Shown here: piece after piece, positions 9,881 to 19,291 of the stretch
Numbering within the stretch: position 1 is the stretch's first letter
How the letters are laid out: each line of letters begins with the position of its first letter
Assembly (NCBI GenBank): GCA_025455005.1
Contig: JALONH010000034.1
Span: 1 to 21,268 of the forward strand
DNA length: 21,268 nt
Direction: 5' to 3'
Source of the DNA: Cytophagaceae bacterium
Lineage (GTDB): Bacteria; Bacteroidota; Bacteroidia; Cytophagales; Cytophagaceae
The notes under the pieces: generated by a model
Told to the model about the DNA's origin: nothing
Seen by the model: the letters and a program-made list of their open reading frames with translations, nothing else
Databases searched by the model: none
Translations under genes and position numbers: made by a program

Positions 9881-11386
9881 TTATTTAAAGACCACCTCAA
9901 CCCTTCTATTTAAGGCTCTTCCGGCTTCTGTAGCATTAGTAGAAACCGGCTGGCTGCTACCATAACCTTCATATACAATTCGGTTAGCCGCTATCCCTTT
10001 GTTGATGATATATTGAGCTACAGCTTTTGCTCTTTCGTTCGACAATTGAATATTGTAAGACTTGTTCCCAATGTTATCGGTATGCCCTTTTAATACTACC
10101 GTTAATGCGGCATCATTTTTTAATGCGGCAACAATTTTATCTATCTCTAAATAGGAACTTTTTTTTAAAACAGAGGCATTAAAATCAAATAATATACTTT
10201 TTAAAATATAAGTAGACCCTTTATTAATTTTTAATGGGTCAAAATATACAATTGTTTTAGAAGTGCTTTTATAAAAATAATTCTGACTAAAGGTAGGTAA
10301 GCCCAAACTGCTATTTCGACCCTGTAAGTCTATTGCGTTCTCCATAAAACCACACGATTGTCCTACACTGTTAGGATTAGGAATACAACCCAAAAACGGG
10401 GTTTCATACAAAGTGAAATAAATTTTTCCGTCAATAGCAATCTGTAAAGCACCTATCCATTTTGCTTTTGTTGCCATACCAATCATAATGCCACTCTGTT
10501 TGATCGCTTCTTCCGACCCGGCTTGTAAATTGTATTGATAAATTTTTGCTGTCCCGGCTGCTGATACATACAATAAGGATCCATCGGGTGAAAACTCAAT
10601 ACCATAGGTGTAAGAATTGGATGGCATCGCTATATATACCGGATGAGACACTTTTCCGGTTGCATTATCAAAGTCTAAAATTTCCACTGCGTGTAGTGCC
10701 TCTAATGCCACGGCCAGATTACTACCGTCGGGATTGGATTTCATATATCCTTGGGTATACAAGTCATTGTCCCCAGCATGCGAAGTTCCAACAGCCGACT
10801 CTACAGGTGTAGTGCTTAATCCGGTTGTAGTCAGTAAGTACGCCACAAAAGTAGAATTGTCTCGATCATGAGCTATAATCCAATAGTCCCGGCCATTCCG
10901 ATGGGATACTGCCGTTAGTTTTTCTGTAACCGGTGTTCGTAAGGGAATATTTTTTTTATCCGACACCACATCACCTAGTCCATTCTGTAAACTTAGATTG
11001 ACAACAGAATATTGCAATCCATTATCCTCTCCTGAAGCTGCTACTGTAAATAAATAATACATTGACGGTACTCCGGGTTGTTGAATTACCACACCGGATG
11101 AAGTAGAGGAGGGATGCCCATTCAGATTACTACCATTCGGCATAATGGTATGTTGATTATTCCAAACGGTGATACCATCGGAATAAAATAGAAGCTTTCC
11201 GGAACCATCCGCTATGGTAATACAGCCTTCTTCTGTATTCAATTGTCCATCGCTTAATGTTTGTGCTTGACCGGTAGTGAAACTAATCCCGGCCTTCCGT
11301 CCAAAGTACCATTGTGAAGCTTGTTGCTGTGCGTATAGACTTTCTACTAATACTATACTGATAAGACTAAAGAATAATTTGATCAT
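9881..11386 (-). CDS. OmpA-family protein (501 aa): signal peptide, beta-propeller-like N-terminal region and a C-terminal OmpA_C peptidoglycan-binding domain.
   Basis: The C-terminus LKGHTDNIGNKSYNIQLSNERAKAVAQYI...ALNRRVEVVF is a canonical OmpA_C domain. The N-terminus MIKLFFSLISIVLVESLYAQ is a signal peptide. Confidence 0.8.
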   Translation of the reverse strand: MIKLFFSLISIVLVESLYAQQQASQWYFGRKAGISFTTGQAQTLSDGQLNTEEGCITIADGSGKLLFYSDGITVWNNQHTIMPNGSNLNGHPSSTSSGVVIQQPGVPSMYYLFTVAASGEDNGLQYSVVNLSLQNGLGDVVSDKKNIPLRTPVTEKLTAVSHRNGRDYWIIAHDRDNSTFVAYLLTTTGLSTTPVESAVGTSHAGDNDLYTQGYMKSNPDGSNLAVALEALHAVEILDFDNATGKVSHPVYIAMPSNSYTYGIEFSPDGSLLYVSAAGTAKIYQYNLQAGSEEAIKQSGIMIGMATKAKWIGALQIAIDGKIYFTLYETPFLGCIPNPNSVGQSCGFMENAIDLQGRNSSLGLPTFSQNYFYKSTSKTIVYFDPLKINKGSTYILKSILFDFNASVLKKSSYLEIDKIVAALKNDAALTVVLKGHTDNIGNKSYNIQLSNERAKAVAQYIINKGIAANRIVYEGYGSSQPVSTNATEAGRALNRRVEVVFK

Positions 11387-11446
11387 ATCTTACTATGTAA
11401 TGTTGGTATGTATAATCCTTAACGGGTGCAAGAGGGATTGGGTGTA

Positions 11447-12637
11447 CTATTGTCTCCGTTTCCGATGAAACACTTTTTTCTTTTTTCGTTCAGGTTGGTA
11501 AAGTGGGCTTTCTCCAATTTCAGAAGGGGTAAGGAGTTTGTTTACTTCTCTACCTATTAAAGATTCAATTTTAAAAAACTTATACTGATCATCATCGCTA
11601 ATAAACGTTATTGCGGTGCCTTCTGTAGAGGCTCGAGCGGTTCGACCAATCCGATGGATATAGTTTTCCGGATCTCCCGGTACTTCCATATTGATGACTA
11701 AATCTATGCCTTCTATATCTATTCCTCGTGATAAAATATCAGTTCCTATCAACAGTTGAAGTTGATTGTTTCTAAAACTACGCATGATGGCTTCGCGTTC
11801 TTCTTGGTCTAAATCAGAATGGAATCCTTTTAACTCCAGTCCTAATCTGGACAAGTCACGTTCCAGTTTTTTCACCTCTTCTTTGGTAGAGGTGAAAATG
11901 ATAATTCTGTTGTATGTATCCTTTGATAAAAGATGTTGTACTAGCTTGTTTTTGTTTTCTTTGAAAACCAAATAGGCTAATTGATGTATTCCACTTGCAG
12001 GCTGGGAAATGGATATATTAACTTCAGCCGGATCGAACATAAGTTGTTTTGCCAAATGACGCATCTTGGGAGGCATAGTGGCAGAAAACATGATGGTTTG
12101 CCGTACTGTTGGCAAGTGTTTTAATATTTTTATAATGTCATCATAAAAGCCCATGTCCAACATTCGATCGGCTTCGTCTAATACAATATGTTTAACCGTT
12201 TTCAAGGATACAACACCGGATTGCAATTGTGCCATTAATCGACCGGGAGTGGCTACTATTATGTCAACCCCTTTGATTAGGGAATGCCGTTGTTGATCCC
12301 AGGACACACCATCGCCACCTCCATAAATAGCCGTAGAGCTAACGGATAAGTGATAAGAGAAACCTTGAATCTGTTGGTCTATTTGAATCGCTAATTCTCG
12401 GGTAGGAACGATTACCAATACTTTTAATCCATCGATATCATTTCTAGTTATGATATCCAATAATGGAAGCATAAAGGCAGCCGTTTTACCGGTGCCGGTT
12501 TGGGCACAAGCCACCAAATCTCTACCGGATTGTATGATGGGGATAGCTTGTTCTTGTATAGGGGAGGGCTCTTGGAAGCCCATATCGGCAAGGCTTAGGA
12601 GTAAATCTTCTTGGAAATTAAAATCGGCAAATGTCAA
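11447..12637 (-). CDS. DEAD-box ATP-dependent RNA helicase (RhlE/DeaD-like, 396 aa) with a basic C-terminal tail. The start codon is TTG.
   Basis: Q-motif FQEPSPIQ, motif I AQTGTGKTAAF, motif II DEAD, motif III SAT, motif VI HRIGRTARA. The N-terminus MTFADFNF aligns with the RhlE N-terminus. Codon 12635-12637 is TTG on the minus strand, with no in-frame upstream ATG. Confidence 0.85.
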   Translation of the reverse strand: MTFADFNFQEDLLLSLADMGFQEPSPIQEQAIPIIQSGRDLVACAQTGTGKTAAFMLPLLDIITRNDIDGLKVLVIVPTRELAIQIDQQIQGFSYHLSVSSTAIYGGGDGVSWDQQRHSLIKGVDIIVATPGRLMAQLQSGVVSLKTVKHIVLDEADRMLDMGFYDDIIKILKHLPTVRQTIMFSATMPPKMRHLAKQLMFDPAEVNISISQPASGIHQLAYLVFKENKNKLVQHLLSKDTYNRIIIFTSTKEEVKKLERDLSRLGLELKGFHSDLDQEEREAIMRSFRNNQLQLLIGTDILSRGIDIEGIDLVINMEVPGDPENYIHRIGRTARASTEGTAITFISDDDQYKFFKIESLIGREVNKLLTPSEIGESPLYQPERKKKKVFHRKRRQ

Positions 12638-12844
12638 GGAATATAAGTGTTGAAGTGTTTATACAATGAAGATCTGTAAGGAATACATAATACAGTTTAA
12701 GTTAAAAAGTGCAAGCTGTTCGGGCTACTGCCGAGCTCACCCACATTTATAGTTGAGAAAAATGTTATGTGCACGAAGGCAGATATACGATTTTTCGAAG
12801 ATCCATGGGCATATCATGGTCGGAACAGTGCCCAGCTTGCTTAA

Positions 12845-12852
12845 CAAAGATA
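12845..12852 (-). promoter_or_regulatory. Candidate -7 box (TAtcTTTG on the minus strand) for the DEAD-box helicase gene. It implies a structured 5' UTR of about 200 nt.
   Basis: Exact TAnnTTTG match on the minus strand. No clear -33 element. Confidence 0.2.
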
Positions 12853-13104
12853 CTAAATATTTACTTTAAATTACTATGCACAGTTGTTTAGTTAAGAGGG
12901 TAAACGTATTGGGTTTAATTATACACTTTAGTATCAATTCCAAATAAAGTACTTCAATTACTACACGAATACCTCTTATGTTTTAATTAAACAACATTAA
13001 ATCATATAGTAACCTTTAAAATCCACTTATGAAGGGTATTGTAGTCTTATTTCTTTGTTTGAATTCAAATCCTTTTTTAACTTTACTATTCAACCGCTAT
13101 AATT

Positions 13105-15366
13105 ATGTCTATGTCACCTTCTACTGAATCAGAAGAAAATGTTCCTTTTGATTTAGCTTACCACTTTGTTCTTCATACTCGTCAATCGGTCTTTATTACC
13201 GGTAAAGCGGGGACGGGGAAAACAACGTTTTTGAAAAAAGTAGTTCAAGATACTACGAAAAAAATGGCAGTCGCTGCTCCTACCGGAGTGGCTGCAATAA
13301 ACGCCGGTGGCGTCACCTTACATTCTCTATTTCAACTTCCGTTTCAACCATTTTTACCAACCCCTAAAGCAGAAGCGTGGCACCGTAGCTTAGGAATGGT
13401 TGATCAAAAAAGTTTGTTTACAACTGTTCATCTCAGCCAATCAAAAATTGAAGTTTTACAACAACTGGACACACTAATAATAGACGAGGTGTCGATGGTA
13501 CGAGCCGATATGATGGACGCCATTCATACACTTTTACAGCATCATAGGCATTCTTCGGAGCCATTTGGTGGTGTACAAGTAGTGTGCATTGGAGATTTAT
13601 ATCAATTGCCGCCGGTTTGTAAATCAGACGAATGGTCCGTCTTACAGTTGTATTACGACTCCCCCTTTTTCTTTGATGCTAAAGTTATCCAACACCACCC
13701 GCCGGCGTTAATTGAATTGGATAAAGTGTACCGCCAAAAAGCTTCTACATTTTTAGAGGTACTTAACCGAATACGGTCGAATCATACAATACCTTCAGAT
13801 TTAGATTATCTTAATCAATGGTACGATCCCGGCTTCAGGCCTACTTCGGAAGAATCCTACATTACATTAACTACTCATAATGAAAAATCTGAAAGCATCA
13901 ATCGATATCGTTTAAAAAAACTCAAAAGTCCTGAGTTTACCTACACAGCTCTCATCCAGGGGGAGTTCTCAGAACGGATGTTTCCGGTAGAGCCTTCCTT
14001 AACACTTAAAGTTGGTGCGCAGGTTATGTTTATCAAAAACGATAAAGGGGATCAACGTAAATTCTATAATGGATTATTAGCTAAGGTAACTGCTTTAAGC
14101 GCCGATTCCATTGAAGTTTGTCCTCTAAACGATGATACCACCATCAAAGTGGAAAGAGAAGTTTGGAAAAATATACGGTATGCTCACGATAAATCCAACG
14201 ACCGATTAGAGGAAGAAGAATTAGGCACTTTTGCTCAATATCCATTACGATTGGCTTGGGCTATTACCATTCATAAAAGCCAAGGTCTTACCTTTGACCG
14301 TGCGGTTATTGATGCCGGTGAATCCTTTGCTTCCGGACAGGTATATGTTGCCCTTAGCCGATTAACCTCAACGGATCAATTGAAGTTATTGTCTAAAATA
14401 ACCCCAACAAGCATTCAGGTGGATACCCGTATTTGCGCATATATGGACACGCGTTCCAGTACGGATGTTTTATCTCAATTACTTCGGGAACAACAACAAG
14501 TCTATTTGGCGCATACCTTATCAAAATCCTTTGATTGGGAAGAATGGCTTGTGGAGTCCGAAGAGATGCGGGCGTATGCTTCAGAAAAACAACTACCGGA
14601 TAAAGACCAGGTAGAGGAATTATGGTCTACACTGGATGCACAAGTGCACCGCATACATAGGATTGCACAACGATTTTTACAAGACGAATTACAACGCAAG
14701 CTGATTCCTCAAGCACCTCAGATAGGCTATGCGCCCCTACAAGACCGAGTAGCAAAAGCAGTAGCCTACTTGGAAAATGAAATTATTACGCATCTTCAAA
14801 GTCCTTTAGCGCAACATATCAAAGCGTTTTCTATAAAAAAACGTGTGAAGCAATATGTTCAAAATGTTCGACTGTATGATAAGTTTATATCCAGAAGGTT
14901 GGAACAACTTTGGCTAGCCCGTTCCTATGCTGATGCTTTAGCCAATGGCACCCCTCCGGAGTTGATTCGTAAACAAGTGCGGAACGAAGTTCAGGCTCCC
15001 ATAGATAAGGATAGCCCTAAAGGTGTAGTAAAATCCATCACTTCCTCTAAAGGGGAAACACAGAAAATATCTCTACAGCTTTTTAAGGAAGGTAAGTCGA
15101 TTGAAGAAATCGCAGCTTTAAGGGGAATGGCTGCTTCTACGATAGAAGGGCATTTAGTACACTTTATTCCAACCGGTGAAGTAGACATGGACCGCTTCGT
15201 AACCGCAGCTGATAGAAAATTGATTGAAGATGCCTTAGATGAAATAGGTATTGTTTCCCTCACTGCCATTCGCGACCATCTCAAGCAAGCCGTTGGATTT
15301 GGGCAAATTAAAGCAGTTTTAACCTTGTACCAGCACCGTTTAGCTACCCAAAAGAATTCTATTTAA
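13105..15366 (+). CDS. Pif1/RecD-family (AAA_30-type) ATP-dependent DNA helicase with a long C-terminal extension ending in a helix-turn-helix-like module (753 aa).
   Basis: Walker A GKAGTGKTT, Walker B LIIDEVSM, the Pif1-like motif VVCIGDLYQLPPV and the C-terminal helicase motif WAITIHKSQGLTFD. The C-terminal ~110 aa (SIEEIAALRGMAASTIEGHL...) resemble the HTH domain found at the C-terminus of Bacteroidota helicases. Confidence 0.75.
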   Translation: MSMSPSTESEENVPFDLAYHFVLHTRQSVFITGKAGTGKTTFLKKVVQDTTKKMAVAAPTGVAAINAGGVTLHSLFQLPFQPFLPTPKAEAWHRSLGMVDQKSLFTTVHLSQSKIEVLQQLDTLIIDEVSMVRADMMDAIHTLLQHHRHSSEPFGGVQVVCIGDLYQLPPVCKSDEWSVLQLYYDSPFFFDAKVIQHHPPALIELDKVYRQKASTFLEVLNRIRSNHTIPSDLDYLNQWYDPGFRPTSEESYITLTTHNEKSESINRYRLKKLKSPEFTYTALIQGEFSERMFPVEPSLTLKVGAQVMFIKNDKGDQRKFYNGLLAKVTALSADSIEVCPLNDDTTIKVEREVWKNIRYAHDKSNDRLEEEELGTFAQYPLRLAWAITIHKSQGLTFDRAVIDAGESFASGQVYVALSRLTSTDQLKLLSKITPTSIQVDTRICAYMDTRSSTDVLSQLLREQQQVYLAHTLSKSFDWEEWLVESEEMRAYASEKQLPDKDQVEELWSTLDAQVHRIHRIAQRFLQDELQRKLIPQAPQIGYAPLQDRVAKAVAYLENEIITHLQSPLAQHIKAFSIKKRVKQYVQNVRLYDKFISRRLEQLWLARSYADALANGTPPELIRKQVRNEVQAPIDKDSPKGVVKSITSSKGETQKISLQLFKEGKSIEEIAALRGMAASTIEGHLVHFIPTGEVDMDRFVTAADRKLIEDALDEIGIVSLTAIRDHLKQAVGFGQIKAVLTLYQHRLATQKNSI

Positions 15367-15379
15367 TTTATTAGGTAAG

Positions 15380-15387
15380 TACCTTTG
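15380..15387 (+). promoter_or_regulatory. Candidate -7 box (TAccTTTG) for the csp gene, giving a 5' UTR of about 125 nt.
   Basis: Exact TAnnTTTG match. A long 5' UTR is typical of cold-shock genes. Confidence 0.25.
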
Positions 15388-15517
15388 GAAAAGGTATATT
15401 GCATTAGTTTAATGATTGACAGATACAATTTCCATTGTTTTCATGCCTTCAGTTAAATTCCTAAAGTCGGATAAGGTTAGTTTCGACACAGTTTAATCAA
15501 TACAATTTAATACCCCC

Positions 15518-15712
15518 ATGAAAACAGGAAAAGTAAAATTTTTTAACACTGAAAAAGGCTATGGTTTCATTAAAGCGGATGACACTGGCGAAGATATCTT
15601 CGTTCACGTATCCGGTTTAGTAGACAAAGTTCGTGAAAATGACTCCGTTCAGTTTGAAGTAGAAAAAGGTAAAAAAGGCGCTAATGCAGTGCAGGTAACG
15701 CTTGTAAAATAA
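15518..15712 (+). CDS. Cold-shock protein (CspA family, 64 aa).
   Basis: GKVKFFNTEKGYGFI (RNP1) and DIFVHVSGL (RNP2) cold-shock domain motifs. Confidence 0.9.
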   Translation: MKTGKVKFFNTEKGYGFIKADDTGEDIFVHVSGLVDKVRENDSVQFEVEKGKKGANAVQVTLVK

Positions 15713-15734
15713 TACGTACCTCAACCCTTTATCC

Positions 15735-15765
15735 AAGTCCTGTTTCTACAGGACTTTTTTATTTT
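15735..15765 (+). terminator. Rho-independent terminator after csp.
   Basis: The stem AAGTCCTG (15735-15742) / CAGGACTT (15749-15756) with loop TTTCTA, followed by TTTTTTATTTTG. Confidence 0.75.
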
Positions 15766-15793
15766 GTACCTTAGAGTAAATTTGTATTACAAA

Positions 15794-16906
15794 ATGCTTG
15801 TTATGACTTACTGGCGCTATGCCCTTTCAATTATTGTAATAATACCGCTTCTATTTTCTTGTACCGGGAAAAAAGAAGAAGGCTCCACAATAGAAGATAT
15901 AGGTTCGGGTATCGTGTTGCATGGTGTATATCAAGGTGTCTTACCTTGTGCGGATTGCGAAGGAATCGACTACCATGTTCAAATCGACTCGGGGTATACC
16001 TATAAAGCGTTTTCAAGGTATTTAGGAGAAACCGGGCACGTGTTTACGGACAGTGGCGCATGGGAGTGGATTGAAGATACGATTATTCAATTACACTCTT
16101 CTGCTAATGATCATAAGTGTATGAGTATTCACGGTAAACAAATGCGCATACTCGATCGAGATTGTAAATGGTTCAAAACAGGTTTTGAAAAACAATACCT
16201 GTTAACCCTAATGGAAGGCGTTACGGATGTTCATGCCTTACCGATTAGTGAGCGGCAAAACTCCTTTTACCATTCCTTGTTTCAAAAAGGGGTAGGGTTT
16301 GTAGCCCATGGAAGTGAGCCCGACTGGACCATTCATGTATATAATCAACAAAAAATCGTTTTCAAAACACCTTTTGATTCTATCTCGTTCCGAATGGGAG
16401 AATTTACGTTTGATAAAGATGGTAAAAAAATCACATCAGCTAATGGAGATTGTGTGCTTTCGATTAAAGAAGAAAGGTGTACCAATACCATGTCCGGGGA
16501 ATCTTTTTTTGCTCAAGTAAAAGCTACCATTCAGGGTAAGGAGTATAGTGGATGCGGAAATTATTTATTCCAAGACGGCATAGAAGGCAATTGGACATTA
16601 GTTAAAATTTCGGATAAAGTCATAGATGTTACGGAATATCCGAAACCTCCGACTATAAAGATAAAAGATCAAAAAATTCATGGTTATTCAGGATGTAATA
16701 CATATGGAGGTCAAGCACTAATTACAGGCAAAACCATCTTATTTGATCGAATGTTTAGCACACGTATGGCTTGTCCTAATATGCAATATGAAGATACTTA
16801 TTTAAAATTGGTACAATCGGCCACCTCGTATGAAGTAATAAAAAATAGACTTGTTCTTCGGAATACGATGAATGAAATAGTACTCGAATACCAACACCAA
16901 AAATAA
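15794..16906 (+). CDS. Lipoprotein with an N-terminal NlpE_N (copper-resistance/surface-sensing NlpE N-terminal) domain and a C-terminal META/HslJ (DUF306) domain.
   Basis: Lipobox LLFSC. GVYQGVLPCADCEGIDYHVQIDSGYTY...MRILDRD matches the NlpE_N CxxC signature. The C-terminal GNWTLVKI...GYSGCNTYGGQALITGKTILFDRMFSTRMACPNMQYEDTYLKLV matches the META domain pattern. The longest ORF starts at 15764; the ATG at 15794 or 15803 is more plausible because it puts the signal peptide at the N-terminus. Confidence 0.7.
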   Translation: MLVMTYWRYALSIIVIIPLLFSCTGKKEEGSTIEDIGSGIVLHGVYQGVLPCADCEGIDYHVQIDSGYTYKAFSRYLGETGHVFTDSGAWEWIEDTIIQLHSSANDHKCMSIHGKQMRILDRDCKWFKTGFEKQYLLTLMEGVTDVHALPISERQNSFYHSLFQKGVGFVAHGSEPDWTIHVYNQQKIVFKTPFDSISFRMGEFTFDKDGKKITSANGDCVLSIKEERCTNTMSGESFFAQVKATIQGKEYSGCGNYLFQDGIEGNWTLVKISDKVIDVTEYPKPPTIKIKDQKIHGYSGCNTYGGQALITGKTILFDRMFSTRMACPNMQYEDTYLKLVQSATSYEVIKNRLVLRNTMNEIVLEYQHQK

Positions 16907-16909
16907 AAG

Positions 16910-16940
16910 AAAACGCCCGATTCGATCGGACGTTTTATAT
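16910..16940 (+). terminator. Rho-independent terminator after the lipoprotein gene.
   Basis: AAAACGCCCGATTCGATCGGACGTTTTAT: a GC-rich imperfect stem (CCGAT/ATCGG core) followed by a T-run. Confidence 0.65.
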
Positions 16941-17090
16941 AAGTACAATCCATACTACTTTTTCGGTACTATCCGACATTCGGTAAGTAGGCGGAAAAGG
17001 ACAGATTGGAAAGAATTGAAACTTACAAAAAATTGCCATACTATACTACACATTCTTTTTTTAATCCAAGTTTTACGTATAGATTGGGCC

Positions 17091-17098
17091 TATTTTTG
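17091..17098 (+). promoter_or_regulatory. Candidate -7 box (TAttTTTG) for the nfeD-flotillin operon.
   Basis: Exact TAnnTTTG match about 30 nt upstream of the ATG at 17129. Confidence 0.25.
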
Positions 17099-17128
17099 AG
17101 TATAATAGGTATATTGTTTAACTAAAGG

Positions 17129-17701
17129 ATGACTATGGAATTTCTAGCACAAGCTGATGTCTTATTGAAATCGTTCTGGTATCTGGCATTAGGTGTCAGT
17201 GTACTATTTATTATTCAAACCGTGATGACCTTTATAGGTGCCGATTCCGGCGATGGCATCGAACCGGATTTTGATGGTGACCTAGACATGGATACCCACG
17301 GTCCGTCTCAGGTTTTTTCGTTACGAAACCTCATTAATTTTTTGATTGGATTTAGTTGGACAGGCGTCGCCTTTTATGATGTCATATCGAACAAATATAT
17401 ATTAGTTGTATTAGCAGCTATGGTGGGATCAGCATTCGTAGCTTTCTTCTTTTGGTTAATGAAACAAATGAATCAACTGAATCAAGATAATACGACAAAA
17501 GTAGAAACTGCTATAGGTAGGATGGCCACCGTCTATTTAACCATTCCCAATAATGGAAAAGGGAAAGTGCATATTGTATTAGGTGGTGGCACTCGGGAAT
17601 ATGATGCGGTCTCTACTGAAGGCGATTTGGCTACAGGTACATTAGTTAAAGTAGTAGAAGTATTGGATGGGCATACGTTAGTCGTGTCCAAAAAGAATTG
17701 A
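17129..17701 (+). CDS. NfeD-like membrane protein (YqiJ/YuaF-like, 190 aa): N-terminal transmembrane segments plus a C-terminal OB-fold.
   Basis: Two or three hydrophobic helices, then the C-terminal GKVHIVLGGGTREYDAVSTEGDLATGTLVKVVEVLDGHTLVV typical of the NfeD short-form beta-barrel. It lies immediately upstream of a flotillin gene. Confidence 0.75.
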   Translation: MTMEFLAQADVLLKSFWYLALGVSVLFIIQTVMTFIGADSGDGIEPDFDGDLDMDTHGPSQVFSLRNLINFLIGFSWTGVAFYDVISNKYILVVLAAMVGSAFVAFFFWLMKQMNQLNQDNTTKVETAIGRMATVYLTIPNNGKGKVHIVLGGGTREYDAVSTEGDLATGTLVKVVEVLDGHTLVVSKKN

Positions 17702-17749
17702 TTGGTTTTATAAAAGCAAACGTATCCTAATATTAAATAACATACACAT

Positions 17750-19267
17750 ATGGGTTTATTAATTTTAATTGTTGTAGCCGCAATCCTAACGATTGCTTTA
17801 ATTTCCTCTATTTTATCCCGATACAAACGTTGTCCATCGGATAAGATTTTAGTGATTTACGGTAGAACCGGTGGTAACTCTTCCCGATGTATTCATGGTG
17901 GTGGCGCGTTTATCTGGCCAGTAGTACAAGATTATGCTTTCCTTGATTTAAAGCCTATTTCTATCGAAGCGAATCTTACGAATGCTTTAAGCCGTCAAAA
18001 TATCCGAGTGGATGTACCGTGTCGTTTTACGGTTGCCATATCTACTGAACCGGACAGCATGATGAATGCTGCGGAACGTTTACTTGGATTAAGCTTTGAT
18101 CAAATTCAAGAATTATCCAAAGATATTTTGTTCGGTCAATTGCGTTTAGTCATCGCTACCATGACGATTGAAGAAATCAACTCTGATAGAGATAAATTTT
18201 TAGACAATATTTCAAAAAACGTAGATACAGAGTTACGTAAGATAGGGTTAAAACTGATAAACGTAAACGTAACGGACATTCGGGATGAGTCCGGTTATAT
18301 TGAAGCTTTAGGTAAGGAAGCTGCGGCAAAGGCTATCAATGAAGCGAAGGTAAGTGTAGCGGAACAAGAAAAGATGGGTGAAATCGGTAAAGCTATAGCC
18401 GATAGAGATAAAGATATTAATATAGCTGAGACATCCAGAGAACGAGATATTAAAGTAGCCAATACACAAAAAGATAGAGAAGTATCCATAGCTGCTGCTA
18501 AACGAGACGAAGCTATCGGTAAAGCCGAAGCAGATAAAGAAACTCGTATAAAATTATCTGAAGCAAACGCTACTGCCGTTGCCGGAGAAAACGAAGCACG
18601 AATTACGATTGCGAATTCTGACGCTTTAAGAAGAGAAAAAGAAGCAGAGGCTACGAAAATAGCCGTTGCGGCTGAAAAAGTTCAAAGTGCTAAAGCATTG
18701 GAGGAGTCCTATCTTGCGGAACAAAAAGCAGAATTAGCTCGTGCGGAAAGAGAACGTGCATCGCAACACGCTAACATCGTAGTACCGGCAGAAATCCAAA
18801 AGAAAAAGTTAATCATAGAAGCGCAAGCGGATGCAGAGCGTCAACGGGAAGCAGCCAAAGGGGAAGCAGATGCTATCTATGCTAAAATGGAAGCAGAAGC
18901 TAAAGGGTTGTATGAAATCTTAACCAAACAAGCTCAAGGGTATAAGGACGTAGTGGCTGCTGCCGGCGGAGACCCTTCTAAAGCATTCCAATTGTTGTTG
19001 ATCGAAAAACTACCCGAATTAGTTCGTATTCAAGTAGAGGCAGTAAAAAATATTAAAATAGATAAAGTAACGGTTTGGGATAACGCCGCTTCTGCTCCGG
19101 GCAATCCTTCTTCTACCGCCAACTTTATTTCCGGAATGATGAAGTCAGTACCTCCTTTAAACGACTTGTTTAACATGGCCGGACTTAAATTACCTACCTA
19201 TCTGGCAGAAGAGCCATCAGTAAACGATACTAAAGACAATACCTCCAACACAGTTATTGAAGAATAG
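17750..19267 (+). CDS. Flotillin-like SPFH/band-7 protein (YqiK/FloT-like, 505 aa) with a long Ala/Glu/Lys-rich coiled-coil region.
   Basis: N-terminal TM helix, then SPFH core (KILVIYGRTGG...GGGAFIWPVVQDYAFLDLKPISIE...), followed by about 200 aa of EA-rich heptad-like repeats. Confidence 0.85.
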   Translation: MGLLILIVVAAILTIALISSILSRYKRCPSDKILVIYGRTGGNSSRCIHGGGAFIWPVVQDYAFLDLKPISIEANLTNALSRQNIRVDVPCRFTVAISTEPDSMMNAAERLLGLSFDQIQELSKDILFGQLRLVIATMTIEEINSDRDKFLDNISKNVDTELRKIGLKLINVNVTDIRDESGYIEALGKEAAAKAINEAKVSVAEQEKMGEIGKAIADRDKDINIAETSRERDIKVANTQKDREVSIAAAKRDEAIGKAEADKETRIKLSEANATAVAGENEARITIANSDALRREKEAEATKIAVAAEKVQSAKALEESYLAEQKAELARAERERASQHANIVVPAEIQKKKLIIEAQADAERQREAAKGEADAIYAKMEAEAKGLYEILTKQAQGYKDVVAAAGGDPSKAFQLLLIEKLPELVRIQVEAVKNIKIDKVTVWDNAASAPGNPSSTANFISGMMKSVPPLNDLFNMAGLKLPTYLAEEPSVNDTKDNTSNTVIEE

Positions 19268-19291
19268 ATTGTCAATCGTTATTCCATAAAA

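Noticed and set aside
15764-15793. Upstream ATG extending the NlpE/META lipoprotein ORF into the csp terminator T-tract.
   Set aside because: It would place the start codon inside the terminator and the signal peptide internally. The ATG at 15794 or 15803 gives a proper lipoprotein signal.
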